In this document: positions 51,158 to 59,505 of the stretch, piece after piece
Position numbering within the stretch: the stretch's first letter is position 1
How the letters are laid out: every line of letters begins with the position of its first letter
IMG/VR virus record: IMGVR_UViG_3300028535_000001
Direction: 5' to 3' (one strand)
From: a virus
DNA: 64,000 bases
Translations under genes and position numbers: made by a program
The notes under the pieces: generated by a model
Told to the model about the DNA's origin: nothing
What the model saw: only the letters and a program-made list of their open reading frames with translations
The model's database searches: none

Positions 51158-51517
51158 TTATTTATCTTTACCCTTATCTGATCCTGCATATAATCCGAAC
51201 CAGGCAGCGCCAGCACCAACAACAACAGAAATTAATCCTGATTGTTCCATACTAGGTTGTCCTAATTCCATATACCATATTACACATTTGTATAATAATA
51301 TAATATACGTTGTTATGAATATTCTAGGGAATATTCTCCAACTATCTATTGCTCTTGCTAAGTGAATCCATTTTCCATATGGGTTTACGCCTATGTCTCT
51401 GATTGAGGTATCCACATCAAGATCAACCCTAATTTTTTGTTTAGGTTCTTTTACTGCTACAGGTTCTAACTTTTTTTCTATTTTAATTTCTTTAATTTCT
51501 TTAATTTCTTCTGACAT
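51158..51517 (-). CDS. Two-TM membrane protein (possible holin)
   Basis: WRIFPR, two TM segments, charged termini. Confidence 0.5.
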   Translation of the reverse strand: MSEEIKEIKEIKIEKKLEPVAVKEPKQKIRVDLDVDTSIRDIGVNPYGKWIHLARAIDSWRIFPRIFITTYIILLYKCVIWYMELGQPSMEQSGLISVVVGAGAAWFGLYAGSDKGKDK

Positions 51518-51518
51518 A

Positions 51519-51725
51519 TTATTCCTCCCTTATAATATATTTAATTGGATAATCTGATTTAACAACTATCTTTTTTTCAGTTTCTACATTCCAAAAAGCA
51601 ATATGGTTTGGTTTAATCTCAACAAACTTTTTAACTTGTAAAGTTTCTGACTTGCCTTCAAACCAATAAGTTAATTGTGCAGGATGTCCTACAATCCAAT
51701 ACCATATGTTTTTTAGTATGCTCAT
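51519..51725 (-). CDS. Hypothetical protein
   Basis: 68 aa; TAATG coupling. Confidence 0.6.
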   Translation of the reverse strand: MSILKNIWYWIVGHPAQLTYWFEGKSETLQVKKFVEIKPNHIAFWNVETEKKIVVKSDYPIKYIIREE

Positions 51726-51850
51726 TATTTCTCCCTTTTTCTTTTTTCATTTTCTTCTTTAATATAATTAATTAACATCGTAACGTAAATATCACGTTCC
51801 CATGGTATCATATGTTCAATCTCGGTAATGCTATACTTATGATGTTGCAT
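51725..51850 (-). CDS. gp51: Baseplate hub assembly catalyst gp51 (not in ORF track; frame open upstream to the gp26 slippery site)
   Basis: MQHHKYSITEIEHMIPWERDIYV...EEN signature. Confidence 0.88.
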   Translation of the reverse strand: MQHHKYSITEIEHMIPWERDIYVTMLINYIKEENEKRKREK

Positions 51851-51879
51851 TAACGAAAAGTTTACTTCAAAAAACGCCT

Positions 51880-52614
51880 CTAGGCTACTATGGGTGAGGC
51901 CAATCCGAAAAAATCGTTGAGTCCTTCAAAGGTCACTTTACTTTTAACACCTGTCTTTGGATTTGTGACTTCTTGCGTATGTCTCAATCTAGGCATAGTA
52001 TCAAAAAATTTTCTAATTTTATCAAAAGTACCTTGTGGCATTTTCTCAAAAAATTCTTTTAATTCTTCTTTAGTAGTATCTACTCCAGGGTACACTTTAT
52101 CTCCTTCAAAAACTTCGTGTACACAACCTAACATTAAATCAAATACAGTATCGTAATCAGCGTCCTTTAACGTTTTGCTGTTTATCATTGCCATCGTAGG
52201 ATATTTGAGAACAACACCCAATTGCCTAGTGTCATCAAATACTACTTTGTTTGTATGTCCATCATCTACTTGGACCTCAATCTTTGATATGTCAATTTCA
52301 ATATCTGTATAAGTTTTCTTATCGTCTGGACATATAACTTGAAATTTTGATATTTCACCAACTGACTTTGCTCTTATTTGTAAGAACATATACTCAATGT
52401 CAAATGTAGGCAAATTTAAAATATCTATTTTGTTAAATGTACAAGCACCTAAAACTTGTTTGGTTGCTTCTTGTATTTGTTTTTCTTCACCAGACTCTAG
52501 AGCAATCAACATCATTTTTTCTTCTTTTACAAGAAAAGGTCTAAATTTAACTTTTGTTTCTTGCGAAGGTAATGTCAACTCATAAGTTGGTGTTTCTATT
52601 ATCGGTAATGCCAT
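51880..52614 (-). CDS. gp26: Baseplate hub assembly chaperone gp26
   Basis: MALP...PTYEL.LPS, RPFLVKEEK, FDIEY.FLQIRAKSVGE, EGLNDFF. Confidence 0.92.
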   Translation of the reverse strand: MALPIIETPTYELTLPSQETKVKFRPFLVKEEKMMLIALESGEEKQIQEATKQVLGACTFNKIDILNLPTFDIEYMFLQIRAKSVGEISKFQVICPDDKKTYTDIEIDISKIEVQVDDGHTNKVVFDDTRQLGVVLKYPTMAMINSKTLKDADYDTVFDLMLGCVHEVFEGDKVYPGVDTTKEELKEFFEKMPQGTFDKIRKFFDTMPRLRHTQEVTNPKTGVKSKVTFEGLNDFFGLASPIVA

Positions 52615-52632
52615 AATATTATCTCCTTGTTA

Positions 52633-53613
52633 TTATATATTTATTGGTGGTAGTTTGAACGGTGGGAACACTCTACCGCCAGTAATTCTACCTAGTGGTG
52701 CTCTACGTCTCAAATTGTTCAATACGTCTCTACCTGCTCGTCTCAATTCTGGTGGAAGTTTACCTAATAAACCTCCAAATAAACCGGACTGTTCTTTTAC
52801 ACTTGGTTTTCCAAATTTAGGTTGACCAAGTTCTATGTTGCCTTGTTTGTCTAAAAAGAAATTAATCCAATACATAAATTTAAATGTAACTGTAAATGTT
52901 TGTACTGTATTTGAATCATGTGAATAATCTACTTTACTAATACTTGTTGGTAAACAATCAAACAATTGTACACCATATGTTATTTCGTCTCTCTCTTGTC
53001 TAGACGCAAATGATCCTAACTGATATATTCTCATATCTGACACGTAATTTTTATAGTAATTCATATTGAAAGATTTAGTACTGAAAGCGGCACTTTGCCA
53101 CATTTCAAAATATGATCTTTCTCTCATAAATTTATCTGCATAAAACGTTGCTGTAATCTCTGCTGATTTAAAATCAATTGCAACGTGTCTAGTTGGTGTA
53201 TTACCATGTCTAACTTCTTTGGTAACTATTTCTCTATCAGGCATTTCAATAGCACTACAAAATGCTTGAACACGTCTACCGTTTGCTATATGTACTGCAT
53301 TCATATCTTGAGCTGTAAAAAATGAATCATACGTTTCATCTGCCATAGATGAAGATACGGAACCTGCTGAACCATCTGGTCCACCACCTAAAGATTTAGG
53401 TAACATAAACTCAACATAAAATCTTGCCTTACGAGCAAAACCTTCTGCCTCATTTACCATAGCCTGCACTCTACCCATTGTAGATTCAGGATTACCACCC
53501 ATATTTCGTTTTAATCTTTTATCACCTGCCACATTGTCAAGTGATCTATCTCTCGGTATACCAATTCTAATATCGTATCCGCCTATTCTTTTTCCGCCTC
53601 TTAATATCGCCAT
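52633..53613 (-). CDS. gp54: Baseplate tail-tube initiator gp54-like
   Basis: GFARKARF.V, C...EMP, ERSYFE.WQ, P.SI...YS....Q.FTVTF.F..W. Confidence 0.72.
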   Translation of the reverse strand: MAILRGGKRIGGYDIRIGIPRDRSLDNVAGDKRLKRNMGGNPESTMGRVQAMVNEAEGFARKARFYVEFMLPKSLGGGPDGSAGSVSSSMADETYDSFFTAQDMNAVHIANGRRVQAFCSAIEMPDREIVTKEVRHGNTPTRHVAIDFKSAEITATFYADKFMRERSYFEMWQSAAFSTKSFNMNYYKNYVSDMRIYQLGSFASRQERDEITYGVQLFDCLPTSISKVDYSHDSNTVQTFTVTFKFMYWINFFLDKQGNIELGQPKFGKPSVKEQSGLFGGLLGKLPPELRRAGRDVLNNLRRRAPLGRITGGRVFPPFKLPPINI

Positions 53614-54146
53614 TAATATGGTCTCCCTTTTTTAAATTGTGCGATTGGTAAATATACTGCTAAAGCAGCCTCATTATAATCAACTCTTAAATATTGACTT
53701 CTAGTGTGTGCCCACAAATACTTTTTAATAGCATTCTTTGTAAGTGGTAACTTTTTAATTCTGTTATAACTGACATCAAATCTATTTTTAGCACTTATCT
53801 CTCCTGCTCCATGTATAGCATATCTTTGTAATTGTGTTAACAAAGTAAATCTTTGGTTTGGTGGTAAATAGTGAAAATTAATACCAGCAAATCCATTCTT
53901 TATTGGCTCTAGTGGTAACACTAAAGGAAAAATATCATAATATGGTAATGTCTGTTTATATTTAGGATCGTAAACAAATAAATTAAGCCTACCAACACTA
54001 GGTCTACCTATCAATTTACCTTGAGCCATTAATCTTCTTGCTGATATTCTATCGTAAATAGAACCTACAGCTTTCCTATACCATGAGGATGACTTTTGAC
54101 CACCATCTGCTTTATCAACCAGATTGTCTAAAATGCTTAATGCCAT
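53613..54146 (-). CDS. gp2: DNA end protector gp2
   Basis: YDPKYKQTLPYYD.FPLV, GINFHYLPP..R, LP.AQFKK. Confidence 0.9.
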   Translation of the reverse strand: MALSILDNLVDKADGGQKSSSWYRKAVGSIYDRISARRLMAQGKLIGRPSVGRLNLFVYDPKYKQTLPYYDIFPLVLPLEPIKNGFAGINFHYLPPNQRFTLLTQLQRYAIHGAGEISAKNRFDVSYNRIKKLPLTKNAIKKYLWAHTRSQYLRVDYNEAALAVYLPIAQFKKGRPY

Positions 54147-54154
54147 TATGGGTA

Positions 54155-54162
54155 TATTTATA
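54155..54162 (-). promoter_or_regulatory. Late promoter TATAAATA
   Basis: Exact consensus upstream of gp2. Confidence 0.75.
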
Positions 54163-54163
54163 C

Positions 54164-54194
54164 AAAAAAAAGGGCTATTATTGCTAATAGCCCT
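54164..54194 (-). terminator. Rho-independent terminator after gp32
   Basis: AGGGCTATTA-GCAA-TAATAGCCCT followed by a U tract on the minus strand. Confidence 0.9.
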
Positions 54195-54226
54195 TTAAAG
54201 TATGTCTAACGGAGGGAATAGTTAGT

Positions 54227-55129
54227 TTACTGATCGTCCTCGGCTAATTTACTAAAGTAAGATAACGTATCGTCATCATCACTAGCCGCTGGAGCAGTAG
54301 GTATTTCACTCATACTTTTCACACTACCAGCTGATTTAACGGTTGGCGGGAGCTCATCGTTATCTGCTGTTTTAGTGCTTCTTGTACCTGAAATTACCCT
54401 ATTCAGTTTCTCTTTGAGTTCATCATAGGACTTAAAATTGTCAGGTGCTAAGAATGGTTTTAGAGGATATTGTGTAGACCAGATTGCTTTAATCTTGTCA
54501 TCACCGTCAGCTGTTGCCGACACTGCCTCAAATTCAGATTTGTCATAGTTCCAATAACCATCAACTTTTCTGATTTTTAGTTTAAAGTTTGCACCTTTCC
54601 AAAAATCAAATGGGTTAATTGGTTTCTCATCTTCAAATGCTGGTTGCATTGCTTCTGTTATCTTATCAAAAATCTTTTTACCAAATTTAAATAAGAACAC
54701 TTTACCTTCATTCTCTGGATGTTTTGGATCAGATACGCATAGAATATTTGAGAAATAAGAAAGTTTTCTTTTTCTTTTTCTAGCAATATCTTTATCACTA
54801 TCAACACCAGTATTCCACAATCTTGTGTTTTCTTCGGACACAGGATCCTTTTGGCTTAATGTTGTTAATGAGTTTTCAATATACCAGCCGCCTCTATCTT
54901 GGAAGGCATGTGACCAAACTCTCTGCCAAGGTAAATCTTCTCCTTGTATAGCAGGTAAAAATCTGATTACTGCATAACCATTACCAGTTTTATCTAGTTC
55001 AGGTTTCCAAAATCTGTCGTCTTGGTATTTGTTTTTGTTTGATTGATCCTCGGAATTGAGGTTCTTTTCAAGTGCTTTAGTAAGTTTGTCAAAGCCACTT
55101 GATGATGATTTTAATGCTTCAAAATCCAT
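54227..55129 (-). CDS. gp32: ssDNA-binding protein gp32
   Basis: DDRFWKP..DK.GNGYAVIRFLP, GGWYIENSLTT, FDFWKGANFKLK, acidic tail. Confidence 0.97.
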   Translation of the reverse strand: MDFEALKSSSSGFDKLTKALEKNLNSEDQSNKNKYQDDRFWKPELDKTGNGYAVIRFLPAIQGEDLPWQRVWSHAFQDRGGWYIENSLTTLSQKDPVSEENTRLWNTGVDSDKDIARKRKRKLSYFSNILCVSDPKHPENEGKVFLFKFGKKIFDKITEAMQPAFEDEKPINPFDFWKGANFKLKIRKVDGYWNYDKSEFEAVSATADGDDKIKAIWSTQYPLKPFLAPDNFKSYDELKEKLNRVISGTRSTKTADNDELPPTVKSAGSVKSMSEIPTAPAASDDDDTLSYFSKLAEDDQ

Positions 55130-55212
55130 ATTATTTTCTCCTTTGTATATATTTTCGTATTGTTATATTTGTGTTCCCTATATTATCGGGATCATTATTA
55201 TTTATAAGTCTT

Positions 55213-55440
55213 TTAAAGGTATTTACCAGTTTTTTTATCTCTCTTATGTGCTCTACCAGGTTTTAGTAATCTATTCTCACCCTTTGGCCACCTCATTTCA
55301 ATTTTCAATAAACTTCCATCGGCTTTCAAAATTTGTATATCGTGTCCATTAGGTTCACTATTATCCCAATATCTAACATAATTGTTAATCTTAATAGTTT
55401 TAGTTGGCGTCTTTTTACTCATACCATTTATAATACTCAT
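55213..55440 (-). CDS. Hypothetical protein
   Basis: 75 aa or shorter; TTGACA promoter candidate at about 55451-55478. Confidence 0.5.
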   Translation of the reverse strand: MSIINGMSKKTPTKTIKINNYVRYWDNSEPNGHDIQILKADGSLLKIEMRWPKGENRLLKPGRAHKRDKKTGKYL

Positions 55441-55485
55441 ATTAGGTGTAATATAACATATCCTAGTTATATTGTCAATGCTCCT

Positions 55486-56379
55486 TTAGCCTGTTAATGT
55501 TTCCATAGTAGGATAGTCAATATAGAATACGTTTTTAAGACCTTCCCACTCTTTTATTGCTCTATCAATGGCGTCATGTCCAACATCAGCCTTTGGATTG
55601 ACTTTATAAAACGTCACTCCTGGGTTGTTAATCATTAATGATTTCCATTGAGTAATCCAATTGTCTGTTGGTACTTGTTGTTGTTCTTTTAAACCATAGT
55701 ATTTGGTATCTTTGTATATATTGTTTATCAAATCATCATTACTAGCCAGATCATGGCCAATTAAAAACAGTTCTAAACTAATTTTATGTTCATTATCATC
55801 GGCGTCATTATATAAGTCTGTTGCCTTTGGTTGTTTTTCTTTTAGTATTGCAATTGCACCAGCAGTAGGACCAGCAGCAAAACCCCAATCTCTTGGTTTC
55901 ATTATATCGTCAATAGATTGTTCTTTACTATTCATGGTACACCAACTGACATCAACAGCAGTATGATTTACATTTTTACTTTCTTGTTTCTTATTCTGTT
56001 TTAAAATTTTAACTGCACCTGATATATTAGAACCATGCATTACAAACTCTTGGCAATCACCTCTCTCATTTGAGTTAATCAATTTTTGTTCCTTAACAAT
56101 GGCCATTTCTTCGGCAGTTATTGAGGCGCCTGCATTTATAACAGACTCATATATTGGTGCTGGTAATCTTGTCCAACCTCTTAAATATGTTTCATTGTTT
56201 TGGCAATAACCACTATTGTATATTTCATGGCAAATACCTGAATCAACTGCAACTAAAACATCTGGTGTAAAATCTCTATATAAGGCATTACAACCATATG
56301 TCCTACCTTTTTCTTTTAAATTAGTTAAATTATAATTTTTTCGGCTTTCACCATTACCTATAATAAATGCACTAGACAT
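55486..56379 (-). CDS. Conserved protein with IIGNGESR motif (DUF115/MptE- or sialyltransferase-like fold)
   Basis: IIGNGESR, YGCNALYRD, LIGHD. Confidence 0.5.
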   Translation of the reverse strand: MSSAFIIGNGESRKNYNLTNLKEKGRTYGCNALYRDFTPDVLVAVDSGICHEIYNSGYCQNNETYLRGWTRLPAPIYESVINAGASITAEEMAIVKEQKLINSNERGDCQEFVMHGSNISGAVKILKQNKKQESKNVNHTAVDVSWCTMNSKEQSIDDIMKPRDWGFAAGPTAGAIAILKEKQPKATDLYNDADDNEHKISLELFLIGHDLASNDDLINNIYKDTKYYGLKEQQQVPTDNWITQWKSLMINNPGVTFYKVNPKADVGHDAIDRAIKEWEGLKNVFYIDYPTMETLTG

Positions 56380-56743
56380 AAACTTTTAAAATTCCTATTA
56401 ATAATACCATCGCTAAACAACTATTTAAAACCATCAATGCACGGTCATGCCATAGAATACCTACCCATAACCAACCCAATGTACCTATTAAACTTACATA
56501 TAAATCAACATTATGATAAGCAGTACCAGCGGCTCTAAAACAAACTGCCGATAATATTAAAATACAACTAAGCCATTTTATATACCATGAAAAATCATGT
56601 AAAGGTGTTACCTTACTTAATACTTTTTCTATTTGTTTTTGTTTAATTTCTTTTTTTTCAATTGTTAAATGTTTCTTTTTCTTTTTAACAATATCTTTCA
56701 TATCTTTCCATATTCCATCATTTGTCATCTTTTTTATCTTCAT
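56372..56743 (-). CDS. Three-TM membrane protein
   Basis: SWYIKW...GWLWVGILWHDRALMVLN. Confidence 0.65.
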   Translation of the reverse strand: MKIKKMTNDGIWKDMKDIVKKKKKHLTIEKKEIKQKQIEKVLSKVTPLHDFSWYIKWLSCILILSAVCFRAAGTAYHNVDLYVSLIGTLGWLWVGILWHDRALMVLNSCLAMVLLIGILKVYV

Positions 56744-56828
56744 TAATCACATACCACACTAGTGTTAGGATTATTATCATTACTACTATACCTGTTAACA
56801 ATAGTCCAAAACCATCAGCCGCTGTCAT
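56718..56828 (-). CDS. Single-TM 36-aa peptide (not in ORF track)
   Basis: MTAADGFGLLLTGIVVMIIILTLVWYVINEDKKDDK; TAATG coupling. Confidence 0.5.
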   Translation of the reverse strand: MTAADGFGLLLTGIVVMIIILTLVWYVINEDKKDDK

Positions 56829-57985
56829 TAAATTCCTTTCTTCATTACGTTATAAACTATTTTTTTCCAATTATAATGTTGGTCATCTGTATTAACAACA
56901 ATTACTTGACCTGTTTCCATGTTCATAACTATTTGTTGACCACCAGCACCGTCCATTGCAAATATAATACTATCTTTCATACCCTTAAATGTCATATGAA
57001 ACTGACCACCGTATTCGTATGTGGCCTGGTGAGAGCCTTTATTATAATCTCTTTTAAATCTACTATTTTTGGTAACTCTATTATCGTATATAGTTCTTAA
57101 ATAATCACCAATACAAGTATCAGAATTAAAATCTTTAATTATAGTATTAGCTATTCTTAAATAATCTTCACTCTTAGCATAAAAAGAATATCTACTTACG
57201 CCTTTATCTACGTCTTGTTTTGACCAAGAAACTTTGACAAAGTGTACATCATCTTTTACACCAACATGATCTGTAAATATTTCTTTTAATAATTTCTCAT
57301 AATTATCATAACCAACTTTGTGAATTACATAGTTGATAGCAACATGTGTTGACATTGCACTATAATTGTAAGGAGAGTTTTCCTCTTTCTTTTTTGTGCC
57401 TTTAAACCACAACATGCTCTCTGCAACAGTTCTTCTATTGATTTGTTTAGTTTTATTGTCTTTAAAAAAACCATCATTTCTAAATTTCTTTTCACCAATA
57501 TAGTCTTCGTCACCTGAAGTCATATTTAAAACTTGCATTAAGTTATTATCTACATATAAAGTATTGTTAATAACAACCCAATCATTTAATTGTTTATTCA
57601 AATCAATACCATATTTACAAACAGCATGACCTGTCACATATGAAATTAAACTTTTACCCATTGAATTAGATTGAAAAAGACCCTTATTTTCTTTAACATC
57701 GTTAGTCCAATTATTTTTATTTACTTTAATCTTACCATCTTCAAAAACAATATAAGATATTAAACCAGTTTTATCGTTGTTTTCTAATTGTTTATCAACA
57801 TAAGTTGTTAATTTATTTTCAACTAACTCTGTTTCTAATTTTTGATAATCATTTGAACCAGGAGCCGAAAAAGATATACCTTTAAAGTTATGTTCTTGTT
57901 GTTTGTGGTCAGCATTAGCAATATTGTTAAGACCCAACCATAGTAATACGTTGATTGTGATTATTGTTATTAGTAGTTTTTTCAT
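56828..57985 (-). CDS. Exported serine hydrolase, beta-lactamase/class C PBP-like fold
   Basis: Signal peptide; SNSMGKS (SxxK), LNMTSG, YNYS, DGAGGQ. Confidence 0.8.
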   Translation of the reverse strand: MKKLLITIITINVLLWLGLNNIANADHKQQEHNFKGISFSAPGSNDYQKLETELVENKLTTYVDKQLENNDKTGLISYIVFEDGKIKVNKNNWTNDVKENKGLFQSNSMGKSLISYVTGHAVCKYGIDLNKQLNDWVVINNTLYVDNNLMQVLNMTSGDEDYIGEKKFRNDGFFKDNKTKQINRRTVAESMLWFKGTKKKEENSPYNYSAMSTHVAINYVIHKVGYDNYEKLLKEIFTDHVGVKDDVHFVKVSWSKQDVDKGVSRYSFYAKSEDYLRIANTIIKDFNSDTCIGDYLRTIYDNRVTKNSRFKRDYNKGSHQATYEYGGQFHMTFKGMKDSIIFAMDGAGGQQIVMNMETGQVIVVNTDDQHYNWKKIVYNVMKKGI

Positions 57986-58012
57986 AGTGTTTTATCCTTT
58001 GTTTATTGTATT

Positions 58013-58041
58013 ATAATAACATATTCCTACTGAAAAAGCAA
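58013..58041 (-). promoter_or_regulatory. Sigma70-type promoter
   Basis: TTGCTT-17bp-TATTAT with extended TG. Confidence 0.6.
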
Positions 58042-58054
58042 GCTTTTTCTGCTA

Positions 58055-58069
58055 GAACATTTAGCGAAC
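58055..58069. promoter_or_regulatory. Alphaproteobacterial LexA-type box (GTTC-N7-GTTC on -)
   Basis: GAAC ATTTAGC GAAC, 13 bp upstream of the -35 element. Confidence 0.55.
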
Positions 58070-58669
58070 AAACACGTCCTTTAATGTTAATTTACACTCT
58101 GTTTGGTTGAATTTAACGAATTTATTGAATTTTTTAAGTCTTTTTGAGAGTATAGGCCAAATAAATTTCTCTGAAATCTGTTTGTCCCAACGTTTGGCAA
58201 ATCCTAGAAAATGGTCTAAAATTACCGTTGTTTGGAAAGTTATATTTTTCTTAATAAGAAGTTGTAACAACCTTGGATGCTGTCCATTATTGCAACTAAA
58301 ACCAGAATCAAAAGAAAGAGACCTAGTAGAAAAGTCATCAGCAATCCGTAAGCAATCGTTTCTAAAATGGTAACTAATACCATCGGTATATTTTTTATAG
58401 TTGAGATAAACTTGTTTGCCATCTTTACTTAATAAATTACCAACCCATTGCCTGTCATCGTCTAAAAAATTAGCAACGAAGAAGTCTGTTATTTCATATT
58501 TATCATAGTGCTTACTTAACTTATGGAAGAAGTATCTATCATTACGTTTGGTAAATGTCTCTAATTTACAATTGACCTTACCACCATAATTAAAATAATC
58601 ATAATTATCTGTTGTAAAATGTAATTTTATTGCCAGATAAGTTTTAAATACCTCAAATCCATCATGCAT
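58061..58669 (-). CDS. gp59: Helicase loader gp59
   Basis: F..YLAIKLHFT...YDYF.YGGK, KRNDRYFF.KLS, GQHP.LL. Confidence 0.9.
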   Translation of the reverse strand: MHDGFEVFKTYLAIKLHFTTDNYDYFNYGGKVNCKLETFTKRNDRYFFHKLSKHYDKYEITDFFVANFLDDDRQWVGNLLSKDGKQVYLNYKKYTDGISYHFRNDCLRIADDFSTRSLSFDSGFSCNNGQHPRLLQLLIKKNITFQTTVILDHFLGFAKRWDKQISEKFIWPILSKRLKKFNKFVKFNQTECKLTLKDVFVR

Positions 58670-58687
58670 ATATTTTTCTCAATTTTT

Positions 58688-58925
58688 ATGCCTGTTTCTG
58701 TTGCAAGGTACAGGCAAACCCCGGCTACCTAAGCAGCCATACGATAACTTTCGTTGTCGTTTATAGTTTTAACAGTACGTTGTTAGCGATTTAACTCCAA
58801 ATAGTTTTAGTAGCAGTCGAATCTAACTCACCCCCTTAAAGCACACACGTATGTGTTTTGAATTGGTGGAGGTGGTGGGTACTGCCCCCACGTCCTCACT
58901 AGTTATTGTCTATTCTTCAACGTCA
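58688..58925 (-). ncRNA. ssrA: Circularly permuted two-piece tmRNA, tag (A)DNESYRMAA*
   Basis: The acceptor piece ends CACCTCCACCA (58864) with T-loop GGCAGTA. It precedes the coding piece starting GGGGGTG (58835), with a G3:U70 pair. Tag frame 58758-58729; terminal hairpin 58688-58716. Confidence 0.9.
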
Positions 58926-58933
58926 AATTCCTT

Positions 58934-59164
58934 TTATACCGGTAGCGACCCTTGTTTTGGTATGTTTAATAGTTTTAAATTAATGGCCTCTACTTTTAAT
59001 TTTTCTTTTATCTGTTTATTGATAAATGAGTTTACTCTACCTGGATCCAAATCTTTTAATTCACATAAATGTATAATTGCGTCCATGTAGGAAATCTTTT
59101 GTTTTCTAACTGTATTCTCAATCTCTTGTGAGAAAGTCTTTGAGTTCATCTTTATAAGTTCCAT
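58934..59164 (-). CDS. gp33: Late transcription coactivator gp33
   Basis: FS.EIE..V....ISYMDAI..LCE...KEKLK.EA..L.LL. Confidence 0.88.
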   Translation of the reverse strand: MELIKMNSKTFSQEIENTVRKQKISYMDAIIHLCELKDLDPGRVNSFINKQIKEKLKVEAINLKLLNIPKQGSLPV

Positions 59165-59166
59165 AA

Positions 59167-59505
59167 TTATTCCCCTAAAGTAGTTCTATCAAATGTATGA
59201 TACATGATACAGGTTGATTGTCCATTTGGAATATCTACTGTTGCTACTATCTGATTTTCTTTTGAATAATGAGTTACCATCATAACAGGTTGTCCACTTG
59301 GTACGGCACCTGCTCTGCCTAGACTAGCATTCTCTAATTGAAATCCTCTACGTAATATAAAAGCGTGTACGTAATCTGGCTTACCACAAATAACTGGCAT
59401 GGTACTAGGTGCTAGATTAGGGTTACCTTCGTAACTCTCTGGCACTTTTACCTCTGATAGGACTATTGTACTGAAAAGTACAAATAGGAGGATTAGGTAT
59501 TTCAT
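59167..59505 (-). CDS. Exported hypothetical protein
   Basis: Signal peptide; PVICG...TCIMY. Confidence 0.6.
   Translation of the reverse strand: MKYLILLFVLFSTIVLSEVKVPESYEGNPNLAPSTMPVICGKPDYVHAFILRRGFQLENASLGRAGAVPSGQPVMMVTHYSKENQIVATVDIPNGQSTCIMYHTFDRTTLGE

Noticed and set aside
58864-58895. Stand-alone tRNA gene
   Set aside because: Only a T-arm and acceptor half are present; explained by the permuted tmRNA.
58851-59090. 79-aa ORF on +
   Set aside because: Antisense to the tmRNA acceptor piece and gp33.
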